NCBI RefSeq assembly: GCF_009914755.1
Contig: NC_060938.1
DNA: 64,000 nt
Strand: one strand, 5' to 3'
Source of the DNA: the human T2T-CHM13v2.0 reference genome, Homo sapiens
Below, piece by piece: positions 27,518-40,800 of the stretch (position 1 is its first letter; each line of letters opens with the position of its first letter). Made by a program: the position numbers and the translations under genes. Under the pieces are notes generated by a model. The model did not search any database, was not told where the DNA came from, and saw nothing but the letters and a program-made list of their open reading frames with translations.

Positions 27518-29887
27518 TGATATGGATTGGCTGTGTCCCCATCCAAATCTCATCCTGAATTGTAGCTCCCATAATTCCCACATGTTGTGGTAGGGACCTG
27601 GTGAGAGATAAATTGAATCATGGAGGTGGTTTCCCCCATACTGTTCTTGTGGTAGTGAATATGTCTCACAAGATCTGATGGTTTTATGGGGGAAAACCTC
27701 TTTCACTTGGCTCTCATTCTGTCTTGTCTGCCATCATGTAAGACGTGCCCTTTGCCTTCCACCGTGATTATGAGGCCTCCCCTGCCACGTGGAACTGTGA
27801 GTCCATTAAACCTCTTTTTGTTTATAAATTACCCAGTCTCAGGTATGTCTTTATTAGCAGTGTGAAAACTGACCAATACAGTAAATTGGTACCAGTAGAG
27901 TGGGTGCTGCTGTAAAGATACCTGTAAACGTGGAATCGACTTTGGAACTGGGTAACAGGCAGAGGTTGGAACAGTTTAGAGGGCTCTGAAGAATACAAGA
28001 AAATGTGGAAAAGTTTGGAACTGCCTAGAGACTTGTTGAATGGCTTTGGCCAAAATGCTGATAATAATATGGACAATGAAATCCAGGCTGAGGTGGTCTC
28101 AGATGGAGATGAGGAACTTGTTGGGAACTGGAGTAGAGGTGACTCTTGCTAGGTTTTAGTAAAGAAACTGGTGGCATTTTGCCCCTGCCATAGAGATTTG
28201 TGGAACTTTGAACTTAAGGGAGATGATATAGGGTATCTAGTGGAAGAAATTTCTAAGCAGAAAAGCATTCAAGAAGTGAATTGGGTGCTGTTCAAAGCAA
28301 TCAGTTTCAAAATGGAAACAGAGCATAAAAGTTCAGAAAATTTGCAGCCTGATGATGCAATAGAAAAGAAAAATCCATTTTCTGAGGAGAAATTCAAGCC
28401 AGCTGCAGAAATTTGCATAAGTACTGAGGAGTCAAATGTTAATTGCCAAGACAATGGGAAAAATGTCTCCAGGGCATGTCAGCAACCTTCTCAGCAGCAC
28501 CTCCCATAACAGGCCCAGAGGCCTAGGAGAAAAAAATGGTTTCATAGGCTGGGCCCAGGTTCCCCTGCTGTGTGCAACCTAGGGACTTGGTGCCCTATGT
28601 CCCAGCTGCACCAGCCATGGCTAAAAGGGGCCAAGGTACAGCTCAGCTCGAGTTGTGGCTTCAGAGGGTGCAAGCCCCAAGCCCTGGCAGCTTCCATGTG
28701 GTGTCAAGCCTGCAGGTGCACAGAAGTCAAGAACTGAGGTTTGGGAACCTCTGTATAGGTTTCAGAGGATGTATGGGAATGCCTGGATGTCCAGGAAAAA
28801 GTTTGCTGCAAGGGCAGGGCCCTCATGGAGAACTTCTGCTAGAGGGATGTGGAAGGGAAATGTGGAGTTGAAGCCCCCATACAGAGTTCCCACTGAGGCA
28901 CTGCCTAGTGGAGCTATGAGAAGGGGGCCACCATCCTCCAGACCCCCCAGAATGGTAGATCCACCAACAGCTTTCACCATGCATCTGGAAAGGCCACAGA
29001 CACTCAACACCAGCCCATGAAAGCAGCCAGGAGAGGGCCTACGCCCTGCAAAGCCACAGGGGCAGAGCTGTTCAAGACCATGGGAACCTATCTCTTGCAT
29101 CAGCATGACCTGGATATGAGACATGGAGTCAAAGGAGATCACTTTGGAGCTTTAAGATTTGACTGCCCTGCTGGATTTTGGTCTGCATGAGGCCTTTAGC
29201 CCCTTTGTTTTGGCCAATTTCTCCCATTTGGAATGGCTGTATTTACCCAATGCCTGTATCCCCATTGTATCTAGGAAGTAACTAACTTGCTTTTAATTTT
29301 ACAGGCTAATAGGTGGAAGGGACTTGTGTTGTCTCAGATGAGACTTTGGGCTGTGGACTTCTGAGTTATTTTGGGGACTAAAATATGATGTATCCAGGAG
29401 AATGTTCCATGTGAAATTGACTTTTGAGTTAATGCTGAAATGAGTTAAGACTTTAGGGGACTGTTAGGAAGGCATGATTGGTTTTGAAATGTGAGGACAT
29501 GAGAGTTGGGAGGGGCCAGGGGGAGAATAATAGGGTTTGGCTGTGTCCCTACCCAAATCTCATTTTTTATCATAGTTCCCATAATTACCACATGTTGTGG
29601 GAGGGACCCAGGGGGAGATAATTGAGTCATGGGGGTGGTTTCCTCCATACTATTTTTGTTGTATTGAATAAGTCTCATGAGATCCGATGGTTTAATCAGA
29701 GGAAACCCCTTTCACTTGGCTCTCATGCTCTTGTCTGCTGCCATGTAAGATGTGCCTTTTGCCTTGTACCATGATTGTGAGGCCTCCCCAGCCACGTGGA
29801 ACTGTGAGTACATTAAACCTCTTTTTCTTTATAAATTACCCAGTCTTGGATACGTCTTTATCAGCAGCATGAAAACATACTAATATA
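27518..29887 (+). mobile_element. Complete THE1 (THE1B/C-like) MaLR element: LTRs 27518-27880 and 29528-29887
   Basis: Two LTRs, a THE1 internal region, and a perfect 5-bp TSD TGCCT at 27513-27517 and 29888-29892. Confidence 0.95.
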
Positions 29888-29928
29888 TGCCTTAACCTAG
29901 CAATTCAAAGTATAAAAATTTATCCTAA

Positions 29929-32716
29929 TACCTCTATGAAAAAGCTAGAAAACCTAGAAGAAATAGATAAATTCCTGGAAACATACAACCTCCCAAGATT
30001 GAACCAGGAAGAAATTGAATCCCTGAACACACCAACAAGTACTAAAATTGAAGCAGTAATAAAAAGGCTACCAACCAGAAAAAGCCCAGGACAAGACAGA
30101 TTCACAAATGAATTCTGCCAGATGTATAAGGAAGAGCTGGTACCATTTCTACCAAAACTGTTCCAAAAAATTAAAGAGGGGTCTCCTCCCAAACTCATTC
30201 TGTGAGGTCAGCATCATCCCAAACCTAGCAGAGACACATACACACAAATAAAAGAAAACCTCAGGCCGATATACTTAATGATTATAGATGCAAAAATACT
30301 CTAAAAAATACTAGCAGATCAAATCCAGCAACCCATCAAAAAGCTAATTTACCATGATCAAGTAGGCTTTATCTCTGGGATGCAAGGTTGATTCAACATA
30401 CACAAATGAATAAATGTGATTAATCACATAAACAGAACTGAAAATAAACCGCATGATCATCTTTTAGGTGCAGAAAAGGCTTTTGATCAAATTCAATATC
30501 CATTTATGTTAAAACCCCTCAACAAGTGAGACATTGAGGTAACATACCTCAAAGTAGTAAGAGCCATCTATGAAGAACCCACAGCGAACATCATACTGAA
30601 TGGGCAAAAGCTAGAAGCACTTCCCTTGAAAAATGGAACAAGACAAGGATGCCTTCTCTCACCACTCTCATTCGACATGGTACTGAAGGTCCTAGCCAGA
30701 GCAATCAGGCAAGAGAAAGAAATAAAAGGCATCCAAATAGGAAGAGAGGAAGTCAAACTATCCCTGTTTGCAGATTATATGATTCCATACCTAGAAAACC
30801 CTATAGTCTCTATGCACAAGCTCCTTGATCTGATAAACAACTTCAGCAGAGTTTCAGGATAGAAAATCAATGTACAAAAATCAGTAACATTCCTATACAT
30901 CAGCAACATCCAAGCTGAGAACCAAATGAAGAACACAATCCCACTTAAAATAGCCTCAAGAAGAATAAAATACCTAGGAATACAGCTAACCAAGGAGGTA
31001 AAAAACGGCAATGAGAATTACAAAACACTGCTAAAAGAAATCAGTGATGACACAAACAAATGGAGAAACATTCCATGCTCGTGGATAGGAAGAATCACTA
31101 TTGTTTAAATGTCCATACTGCCCAAGGCAATTTACAGACTGAATGCAATTCCTATCAAACCACCAATGATGTTCTTCAGAGATTTAGAAAAAACTATTTT
31201 AAAATTCATATGAAGCTAAAAAAGAGCCCAAATAGCGAAGGCACTTCTAAGCAAAAAGAACCAAAAGAACACTTCTAAGCTGGTGGTACCACATAACCCT
31301 ACTTCAAACTACACTACAAGGCTATAGTAACCAAAACAGCATGATACTGGCACAAAAAGAGACACGAAGACTAATGAAACAGAAAAGACAGTGCAGAAAT
31401 TATGCCACGCACCTACAACTATCTGGCCTTCAACAAAATCAGCAAAAACAAGCAATGAATGAGGAAAGAACTTATCCCATAAATGGTGCTGGGATAACTG
31501 GCTAGCCATATGTAGAAGATTGAAACTGGGCCCCTTTCTTACACCATCTACAAAAACTAACCCAAAATGGATAAAGACTTAAATGTAGAACCTCAAACTA
31601 TAAAAACCCTGGAAGATAACCTAAGAAATACCATTCTGGACATAAGGCCTGACAAAGATTTCATGATGAAGATACCAAAAGTAATTGTTAACAAAACCAA
31701 AAATTGACAAATGGGACCGAATTAAACTAAAGAGCTTCTGCACAGCAAAAGAAACTGTCAACAGAGTAAACAATGTACAGAATGGGAGAAAATATTTGCA
31801 AACTATGCATCTGACAAAGGTCTAATACCCAGAATCTACAAGGAACATAAGGAAATTTACAAGCAATAAACAAACAACCCTAAAAAGTGGGCAAAAGAAA
31901 TGAACGACTCTTTTCAAAAGACATACAGGCAGCCAACAAGCATATGAAAAAATGTTCCACAACACTAATCATTAGAGAAATGCAAATCAAAACCACAATG
32001 AGATACCATCTCACACCAGTCAGAATGGATGGCTACTATTATAAAGTCAAGAAATAACAGATGTTGGCAAGGTTGTCGAGAAAAGCAAACTTTTATACAC
32101 TATTGGTGGGAATGTAAATTAGTTCAGCCATTGTGGAAAGCAGTTTGGAGATTTCTCAAAGAACTTAAACAGAACTACCATTTGACCCAGCAATCTCATT
32201 ACTGGGTATATGCCCAAAGGAATATAAATTGTTCTACCATAAAGACATATGCATGTGTATATTTATCAAAGCATTATTCACAATTGCAAAGACATGGAAT
32301 CAAACTGAATGCCCATCAACGGTAGATTGGATTTTAAAAATGTGGTACATACATACCATGGAATACTATGCAGCTGTAAAAGAGAAATTAGATGTTCTTT
32401 GAACCAACATAGACAGAGCTGGAGGCTGTTATTTCAAGCAAACTAATGTCGGAGGAGAAAACCAAATATTGCATATTCTCACTTATAGTCGGGAGCTAAA
32501 CTTTAAGTACACATGGACACAAAGAAGGGAACAAGAGACATGGGGGTCCACTTGAGAGTGGAGGGTGGGAGGAGTGTGAGGATTGAAAAACTACCTATTG
32601 CATACTATGCTAATTACCTAGGTAACAAAATAATCTGTACACCAAACCCTGTGCCCCACAATTTACCTACATAACAAACCTGCAAATGTCCCCTGAACCT
32701 AAAAGTTAAAAAAAAA
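29929..32716 (+). mobile_element. 5'-truncated L1 (L1PA15/16-like) with 3'UTR and poly(A)
   Basis: ORF2 peptides ([24 protein letters not shown]; [11 protein letters not shown]), 3'UTR ggattgaaaaactacctatt, and TSD core ttatcctaa at 29920-29928 and 32721-32729. Confidence 0.9.
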
Positions 32717-32873
32717 TTAGTTATCCTAAGGCAGCAATTAGAAAAGTACTCAAAGCTATGGACAGAAAGATGCTTGTTAGAGTCATTTAGAGTAGTGAAA
32801 CACCAAAACAGTCTAAACGTTCAACTATAGCTAGTTAACAAATTATGGCATATCCATTTTTAAAAAATTATTT

Positions 32874-33180
<307 letters not shown>

Positions 33181-33217
33181 TAAAAGTTATGAGTTAGATC
33201 TCGATTTACTGACATGA

Positions 33218-33614
33218 TGTGGCAGAGAGAGTAATGCCTAGTAGTGTTTCACTTGCTTCTTTCATTTCTTGTCTCCCTTGCAGTTAGGTGAAGCCATGTA
33301 ACTCATTCTAGCCAAAGAAATGTGGAAGTCAAGTGTGCCACTTCCAGACTGAGGCAATTAAAAGCCCTTGTAAGATTTCCAATTTCTCCCCTTAGAAATG
33401 GAGGAAGTAGGGCATCCAAATACTGCAGCTACAAGATGATGGAGTTTCCATGAGCTTAGATCCCTGAGTAGGAATGTATGGCACAGAGCCCTCCATTAAC
33501 CTGTTTGGGATAGGTAGCACGAATAAGAAAGAAACTGGTGTGGTATTCAACCACTTAGAGTTTCACATTTTCATACTGCAGCTTAAATTGGCCAAGCCTC
33601 GCTAACCTAATACA
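33218..33614 (+). mobile_element. Old MLT1 (MLT1I/J-like) solo LTR
   Basis: tgtggcag...ctaataca termini and internal cccttgcagttaggtgaagccatgtaact motif. Confidence 0.7.
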
Positions 33615-35816
33615 CATTCTAAAAGATTTATGACACATTAAACAAAACAAGTGTCAATGATAAAATATAAAAAAGGTAACAGTTTGTTTTTGTAAAACAG
33701 AATGACAGTATTTTGTTTCTTCTCATTTTACAAATTAAATTTTTTTAACCTTAAGAATTAATTTTTTTCCTTTGTAAAAAACTTTAGAACAAAATAAATT
33801 ATATACCATGCTCAACAAAAGTAGCTTCATTAATGGATAGATAGAAAACAACAAAACACACCTAAATTTTACGAGCTTTTTTACAAGCTAATAGTTTTTA
33901 GAAATATGGAATACAGGGATGTTCAAAGAGAGAAGATTTCTCAGTCCATGTCTGTGTGTTGGGGTGTGGTATGTGGATGCTCAGATGTTCCAGCCCCGAA
34001 GCAAGTGAAAGAAGATTCTTTGTGGCAGTAGGAAAGTTGTGGTATTGTACAATGTGGGATGGAAAATTAAGAACAAATGTTCTCTCTATGGAAAAATGCC
34101 TTGGGAGTAAATAATGAAGCTGGAGATGAAGAGCAGAACCCAGCTTTATCCAAGAAGCCACAGAGGTAGCTGCCTGAACAGAGAATGTCATTTACATAAA
34201 GGTTTTGTGGCCCAGATGAAATTCTGAAAGTTTGTGTTTTCCGGTGTGCGCAGACCCTGAACCCTTCTCCTCTGGCTCTGCTCAGCCTCTCTTCCTTCTC
34301 TACTTTGTCTCTATGCCTGTTTTCTACCTTCTCTCTTCCATTTTATTTTCTGCTTATTTTATTCTCAGGAACCATCATGACCTCAGGATATTTTCCATTA
34401 CTCAGAAACCTTCCCACTACTATGAAAGCAGGCAGGATGGCAACAGAAATGCGTGGCCTTTCAGATGAAAGTAAATTTGGAAAAATTTTCTTCCATTCCC
34501 TCATATTAAGACTGAAGGTTGTAGAGAAGGATGGAAAACGTGAGTGTTACTGATTTAGTGAAGGTTATTGCTTTAAAGGCAGAAGATTGTTTTCCCTGAT
34601 ATTGGTTAGCCTGGTGGGGCAGATGTTAGGACTAGGTGCTTTTCTTTGTTGCTGCACACAGATTGGCTTATTGGTTTACCTGTTTTTCATTCACTAAGGC
34701 AAATCCCTAAGCAAGGAGCTCCCTCGTTCTCTGACATGACATTGATGTAAGCTTTATTAAAAGATACTGTTCTTAAAAGCAGAAAGAACTGAATGGGGGG
34801 TTGATTTTGTGCCACGGTGATAATGAGGATCAGCTAAGGAGGTCTGTTACTGGCAGAACTGGTGTGTGCTTTAAGACACACAGTGGTGCCAAGAAACAAT
34901 ACAAAGTGTGAGAACAAGCAGACTGAGTCACGATCCATTGCAGATTCTAAATTGTACACTTCTGTCTCTATATATAGCTCGTCAAAAGTGTCATTTCTGC
35001 TGTCATGAGAACTTTTTAGATTGCCATCACCGTAAGTACAGCAACAACAATAGCATTTCGTTATATTAACGGTATCTGAATCCCACAGCAACATGTAGTT
35101 GCTCCTGACACATTTAACTTGGGGAATATTAGGCTGGGAGAATCTCTGGGGGAAACAGCGTACTGCTTCTTAAATCTATGAAAAGAGGAGTCATTCCGGT
35201 TGACATAGACTATAGAGTGTTGTACTTTTTTGGATCTGGCTGTCAGAAATCTCCAAGTATGGTGTGAAAGATGTATAACATTCTTTCAGCAAGGCTATTT
35301 TTTTTTCAAGCGGTATTATGTGGGTTTGAAACCAGAATGGGAGTGCTCTTGTTAATAATTCTTCCGCATGCTGATTGTGCAGCCGAGGTGCTAAAGGCAA
35401 GGGGGTACGACATTTTCAAATGTACGGAGAAAGAAAAGCATTTTATAGGGTCATCTGTATTTCTGTTGTTATTTCTGCCTTTTAAACAAAAGGACATCTT
35501 TGGTTCATTTTGGGCAAAAGCTCTCATTTATGCAGACACATTATAAAATAAAATCTTCCTTTGTTTTATAAGTCAAAAAAATTATGGGGAATGCCTTGGG
35601 GATACTTTAATGAACGATCTCTTTTAATTATTTATTTTCCTATGTGCATTTTCAAAAAATATCTCTGATAAAAAAAAAACTAGATGTCATCAAAACATAG
35701 AAATGTTCTGACTACAGAACTCTTATGATGATCTCACATAGAGAAAATGCACGTTAAACAAGTATTAAACACGCACACTCACTGTACAGGAGTAGAATGA
35801 AAAAGAAGCTAGAGTG

Positions 35817-35945
35817 TTTTATTTTATGTATTTATTTATTTATTCACTTATTTATTTTTTATTTTTTGAGACCGAGTCTTGCTCTGTCGCCCAGGCTGGA
35901 GTGCAGTGGCGCCATCTCGGCTCACTGCAAGCTCCGCCTCCCGGG
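35817..35945 (-). mobile_element. Severely 5'-truncated AluY-like element (~79 bp of right arm plus TTTA-type tail)
   Basis: gcaagctccgcctcccggg diagnostic, with imperfect TSD agaagct..agt.ttt at ~35804-35820 and 35946-35961. Confidence 0.85.
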
Positions 35946-36042
35946 AGAAGCTGCAGTTTTTATCCTCAAAGAACAATCTATTTTTTAAAAAACTCTTAAG
36001 TACTAGTTTTTTTCTTTTTTACTTAAAAAAGTACATATAGCA

Positions 36043-36340
36043 GGCTGGGTGCGGTGGCTCACGCCTGTAATTCCAGCACTTTCGGAGGCCGAGGCAGGTG
36101 GATCACGAGGTCAGGAGTTCAAGACCAGCCTGACCAACATGGTGAAACCCCATCTCTACTAAAAATACAAAAATTAGCTGGGCGCGGTGGCAGGTGCCTG
36201 TAATCCCAGCTACTTGGGAAGCTGAGGCAGGAGAGTCACTTAAACACAGGGGGCGGATGTTGCAGTGAGCCAAGATCACGCCACTGCACTCCAGCCTATG
36301 CAAGAGAGTGAGACTCTGTCTCAGAAAAAGAAAAAAAAAA
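36043..36340 (+). mobile_element. Alu, AluSg-like
   Basis: Full dimer with gatcacgaggtcaggagttcaagaccagcctg and an A tail. Confidence 0.92.
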
Positions 36341-36344
36341 TACA

Positions 36345-37855
36345 GCAAAATTCACTCTTTGAAGTGTATAGTTCTGTAATTTTGACAAATGAATACAGTT
36401 GTGTCACTACCACTACAACCAAGATACAGAACAGATCCTCAAAGCATGTCCCCCAGTCCCCTTGTAGCTGAGCTGCCCCTAGTCCCAAACTCTGGAAACC
36501 ATTTGTTTTTTGCCTCCATTGTTTTGCGTTTTCCAGAATGTCATATAATTGAATCATACAGTATTGTGGTCTTTGGGGTCTGGTGTTTTTCACTAAACAA
36601 ATTGCATTTGAGATTCATCCATATTGTTAAATGAATTTACAGTGCATTCCTTTTTATTGTCAAATAGAATCCCATTGCATAGGTGTACCATAATTTGTTT
36701 ATTCATGAACAAGTTGAAGGGTTGTTTCCAGTTTTTGCTAATTATGAAGTTACTAAAAATATTTGTGTACAGATTTTCATTTAAACACAAGCATTTATCT
36801 CTTGGGTAAATACCTAGTTGCAGGATTATTGATTCACATGGTGAGTATATGTTTAACTTTAAAAGAAACTGGCAACCTGTCTTCCTTAGTGGCTATATCA
36901 TATTGTATTCCCACCAGAAGTGTAGTACAGGAGTTCCATTTGCTCAGAATGCTTGCTCACACTTAGTATTGTCAGGTTTTTAAAACTTTTCTTCATTCTA
37001 ATAATTGGTCTGTAGTGACATTTCCTTATGGTTTTAATTTGTATTTCCTTAATGACTAACAATGTTGAACATCATTTCATGTTGCTGTTATCCATGTATT
37101 TTCTCAGTTGATTTATTTGTACAATTTTTTGCCCATTTAAAAAAGTGGATCTTTTGTTTTCTTACTGAATTTTGAGAGTTCTTTGTATGTTCTAGATAAA
37201 AGCCTATTGTTAAATATGTGTTTTGCAAATATTTTTGTGAAGTCAGTACCTTTACACCCTTTTAGCAGTGTCTTTTACAAACCAGGTTTTCATTTTGATG
37301 AAATCCAGTTGATCACCTTTTTTGGTGCTTTTGGTGTCGTACCTAAAAGATATGCTTGGCCCAAAATCACAAAATTTTTTTTACTTTTTTGTTCTAGGAA
37401 TTTGATAATTTTAGATCTTACATTTAAGTCTCTGATCTATTTTGAGTTAATTTTCATATAATGTATGAAGTATGTGTCAAAGTTCATTTTTTAATATTGA
37501 TATGCAATTCTCTTAACATCATTTAGGGAAAATTCTGTACTTTCTCCATGAAATTGCCTTTGTACCTTTGCTAAAAATCAATTGGTCAAATGTGTGTCTA
37601 CTGTTGACTCTCAATTCCGTTCTGTTGATATTCATGCCTGCCCTTTCACCAATACCACACTGCTTTGGTTACAATAGTTTTATAGTAAGCCTTAAATCAG
37701 CTTAGGTGAGTCTTCCAAACTCTTCCTCTTCAAAATTGTTTTGGCTATTCTAGTTCCTTTGACTTTCCATGAGAAATGTAGAATCAGATTGTTAATTTCT
37801 ACAAAAAAATACTGCTGGAACTTAGATTGGAATTGTGTAAAATCTATGTAACATA
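36345..37855 (-). mobile_element. Ancient L1M (L1MC/MD-like) 3' portion
   Basis: Reverse L1 3'UTR and ORF2 C-terminal motifs (ttttggctattctagttcctttg; gatctattttgagttaattttc). Confidence 0.8.
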
Positions 37856-40800
37856 ATTTTTCGGACATAAAGAAACTTCTGCAAAGCACAACTAAAAATC
37901 CTAAGAGGCATCCTAAAATCAATTCATATGAGCTAACATTCCTGTTTGTGAACTTGGCATTTGATAGTTATGTGACATCTCTCTTTTAAAATGGTACCCA
38001 TTAGATAAAGCATTGGAGAAAATATTGAGATTACAAAACCTGTTTATTGGCCCAATACACTATGTTGGTGGGTCTTATAAATCACAACTTAGTTTTCAGG
38101 TGGGTAAGTCAACTGAACAGGCCTTCAAAGTTAACATAATTAGGTATAAAAAGATAGCTCATCCTAATAATATACTGTGCTTACTTGTGTCAAAATAGCA
38201 AACTTCAAACTGGAAACATGATTCTTTCTGCCCAGGAGGATTGAGTGATATCACACAGAGAACCACTGTTTCCCGCAGTGTCCTGTCTGTTTGTCCTATT
38301 TAAACAATGACAACACAGCTGCGTAGGAACACAGGCTCTAACTTAAAGTATGAGAAAGAGGGATGTAAAAGAGTATTCACATTATATTGGAATAATTCCT
38401 AAATCAAAGGGGGTTTATGAAAGGGAGCCTGAAATTTATGTTCATGGGGCCCTAAGATCACTATTGTGTTAATATCACAGAAAGAATATCACCCTTTTCA
38501 GCATTTCATCTACACCCTGTTTGTTTCTTCCCTTCAACTGAATTGTTTGATGCACTGCCAGTTTTCTTGGTTTCCTGGTGATTTCCATTGTAGAAGTTGT
38601 AAAAATCTTTTAATTGCACCAAACAAAGTACTCAACCATTATTGACATGGTGCTGGCTTGTGTCTTGAGAAATTTTCAAACAAAGTCTGTGGATAAAAGT
38701 ATAGCAGCATGTTTTGCACATTGAACGGGAGAAAAATAAAAGAAAATCAGCTTTTTTTTCTTGTTGTCACATGCTTTCTGGCATCATTTTAAATGTATTT
38801 ATAATACTGCTGTCATTAATATTATGCTCACTTGGTTGAAATTATTTTGTTTCTCCCTTTGGAAATAGAGCTGCTCAAGACTGATAAATAATAACACATT
38901 ATATAAGTACTGTGGATTATTTAACATTCTGATTAATGAGATATTTTCTACCCCAAAATGACAATCTTTAAAGCTTTGCAGATGTAAGCTTGTCAATCTC
39001 AAATTATGAATAGTGTTTACGTTTGAAAGATGAATCTGATACATTGGTAAAGTGGTTAATTTTGCTCTCAAACCTTTTTCATGAAATCTCTAGTGGAGTA
39101 ATGAGGATGAAAAGTTCTCATTAAAAACTGACCTTGTCTATATGGCATTGAGCCAAACCAGACCACACAAGCTCTTACAGGTTCAAAGATTTTTGAAAAT
39201 ATAGATTCAGATTCTGTTAAGGTTGTTTTCATTTTTGGTTTACTATCAGACCCTTTAACAGGCATGGCAAAAACTATAAAAGAGGTGAGGGTACAAGTGA
39301 GTGAACTAAGGAGCTGGAGATAGAACACAACTCCCTCTCCCTGTAACCTCTCATGTTCTGATATTCCACAAGGAGCTCACCCAGTCACGAGAGCTGGAAT
39401 GTCAGGCTCTCTTCTTCTTAATACTTCTTTCAGTTGGAGGGTGAGAGGGGCATCAGTGCTCAAGGCTTCACTGTATTAGCACGTGAAGAAATCCGTGCTG
39501 TGCCGTTACCTACTCCCCACATCATCAGCCTTTCTCATCAGGGCACTAGGCTGGGCCATGACCTGGCACAGGGGTTCTTCCTCCAAATGTGCTGCAAATC
39601 TGCCTGGTCCTCATCAGGCTATCTTCCTTCTCTTTGTCATGCATCCTTCCACTGGCAGAGATTTTGCTAAGCTTTGCTATTGCTTTAAAAGAAAGACATG
39701 TCCACAACAAAGAATATTTGAACACCAGATTCCTCAGCCTTTGTGGCTAATTTTTAACTAATCGAAGAGGCAAGGAAGGTCTCAGGAAGCTAACTCAGAT
39801 GAAGACATAAGAAGAGCAATTGGGTAATCATAGAATAAACTAAAGCCTGATTGCTACTGGATTTTTTTTTTCAGGGAAAGTTTTTTTCAAAAATGTTTCA
39901 TGCAACCCCAGAATCATCAAACATATGTGATATAAAAAAGCATCAAAAGGAAAAGAGACTAAAAACTGGTTTTACAACAAAATGGTTCCAACGACTTTTC
40001 CAAGCTCTAAAGATTTCTATGTCCTTGGATTCTCAGCCCTTCAGTCACTTTAGAGCTATAAAAAGAAGTAGAATAAATGTCCTGACAGCATAGTTTATTC
40101 AATCAAATAGAGCAGATTAAAATCAAGTTTATCCACGTAAAGAAGTATTCTTTATAGTGTTAGGAGCCCCCTTGTTCTCTCAATGAGTAAGAAGGATCTC
40201 TCCTCACTGTAAGGGAGTTGCCTTCTAAACACGTGTTTGATGTTGTCAAACATCTTGATGATTATAGTCTTCTTCACAATAATGTAACACTATGATATCA
40301 ACCTTGAACATTTAAGAGGGGAGATGAAGACTGAGGACAGAAGAAAAGTGCTATTGCTGTTAGGAAGAAACTTACAGAATGCATGAAAAAAGGAGAATGC
40401 TCAGTATGAGTAGGACACGAGAGAGTTCAAAACCAGGAGAGATGAGAAAAGGGGCAGCAATAAGAAAAAGACTCAAAGGACCAACCCTGCAAAGGTGTCC
40501 ATGGAACCTTTCCAGATAGTGCTTCATGGAACCTAAAAAGAAAAACCAGGAGTACAGACAATTACTACTGTTCCCAACTGCCATGGAAATAACTACAAAA
40601 TATAAACTAACAAGCCAGTACTAAGACAGGAAATAAGGAAAAATGACACATGCGAGATACTTGAGCATTTCTATTGTATTGAAAGTGATATGAAGGGCCA
40701 ATATTTGAATTTCCACACCATGAAGTAACTGGAAAGTAGGTATAGGAGACCCTGAAAAAAAGAGCCACTAACAGTCTATACCTAAGAGGAAGGAGGGCAA

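Noticed and set aside
34834-35094. Minus-strand 86-aa ORF with CYCCCC
   Set aside because: The Cys run derives from low-complexity (CAA/CAG) sequence, and I recognise no homology or splice context.
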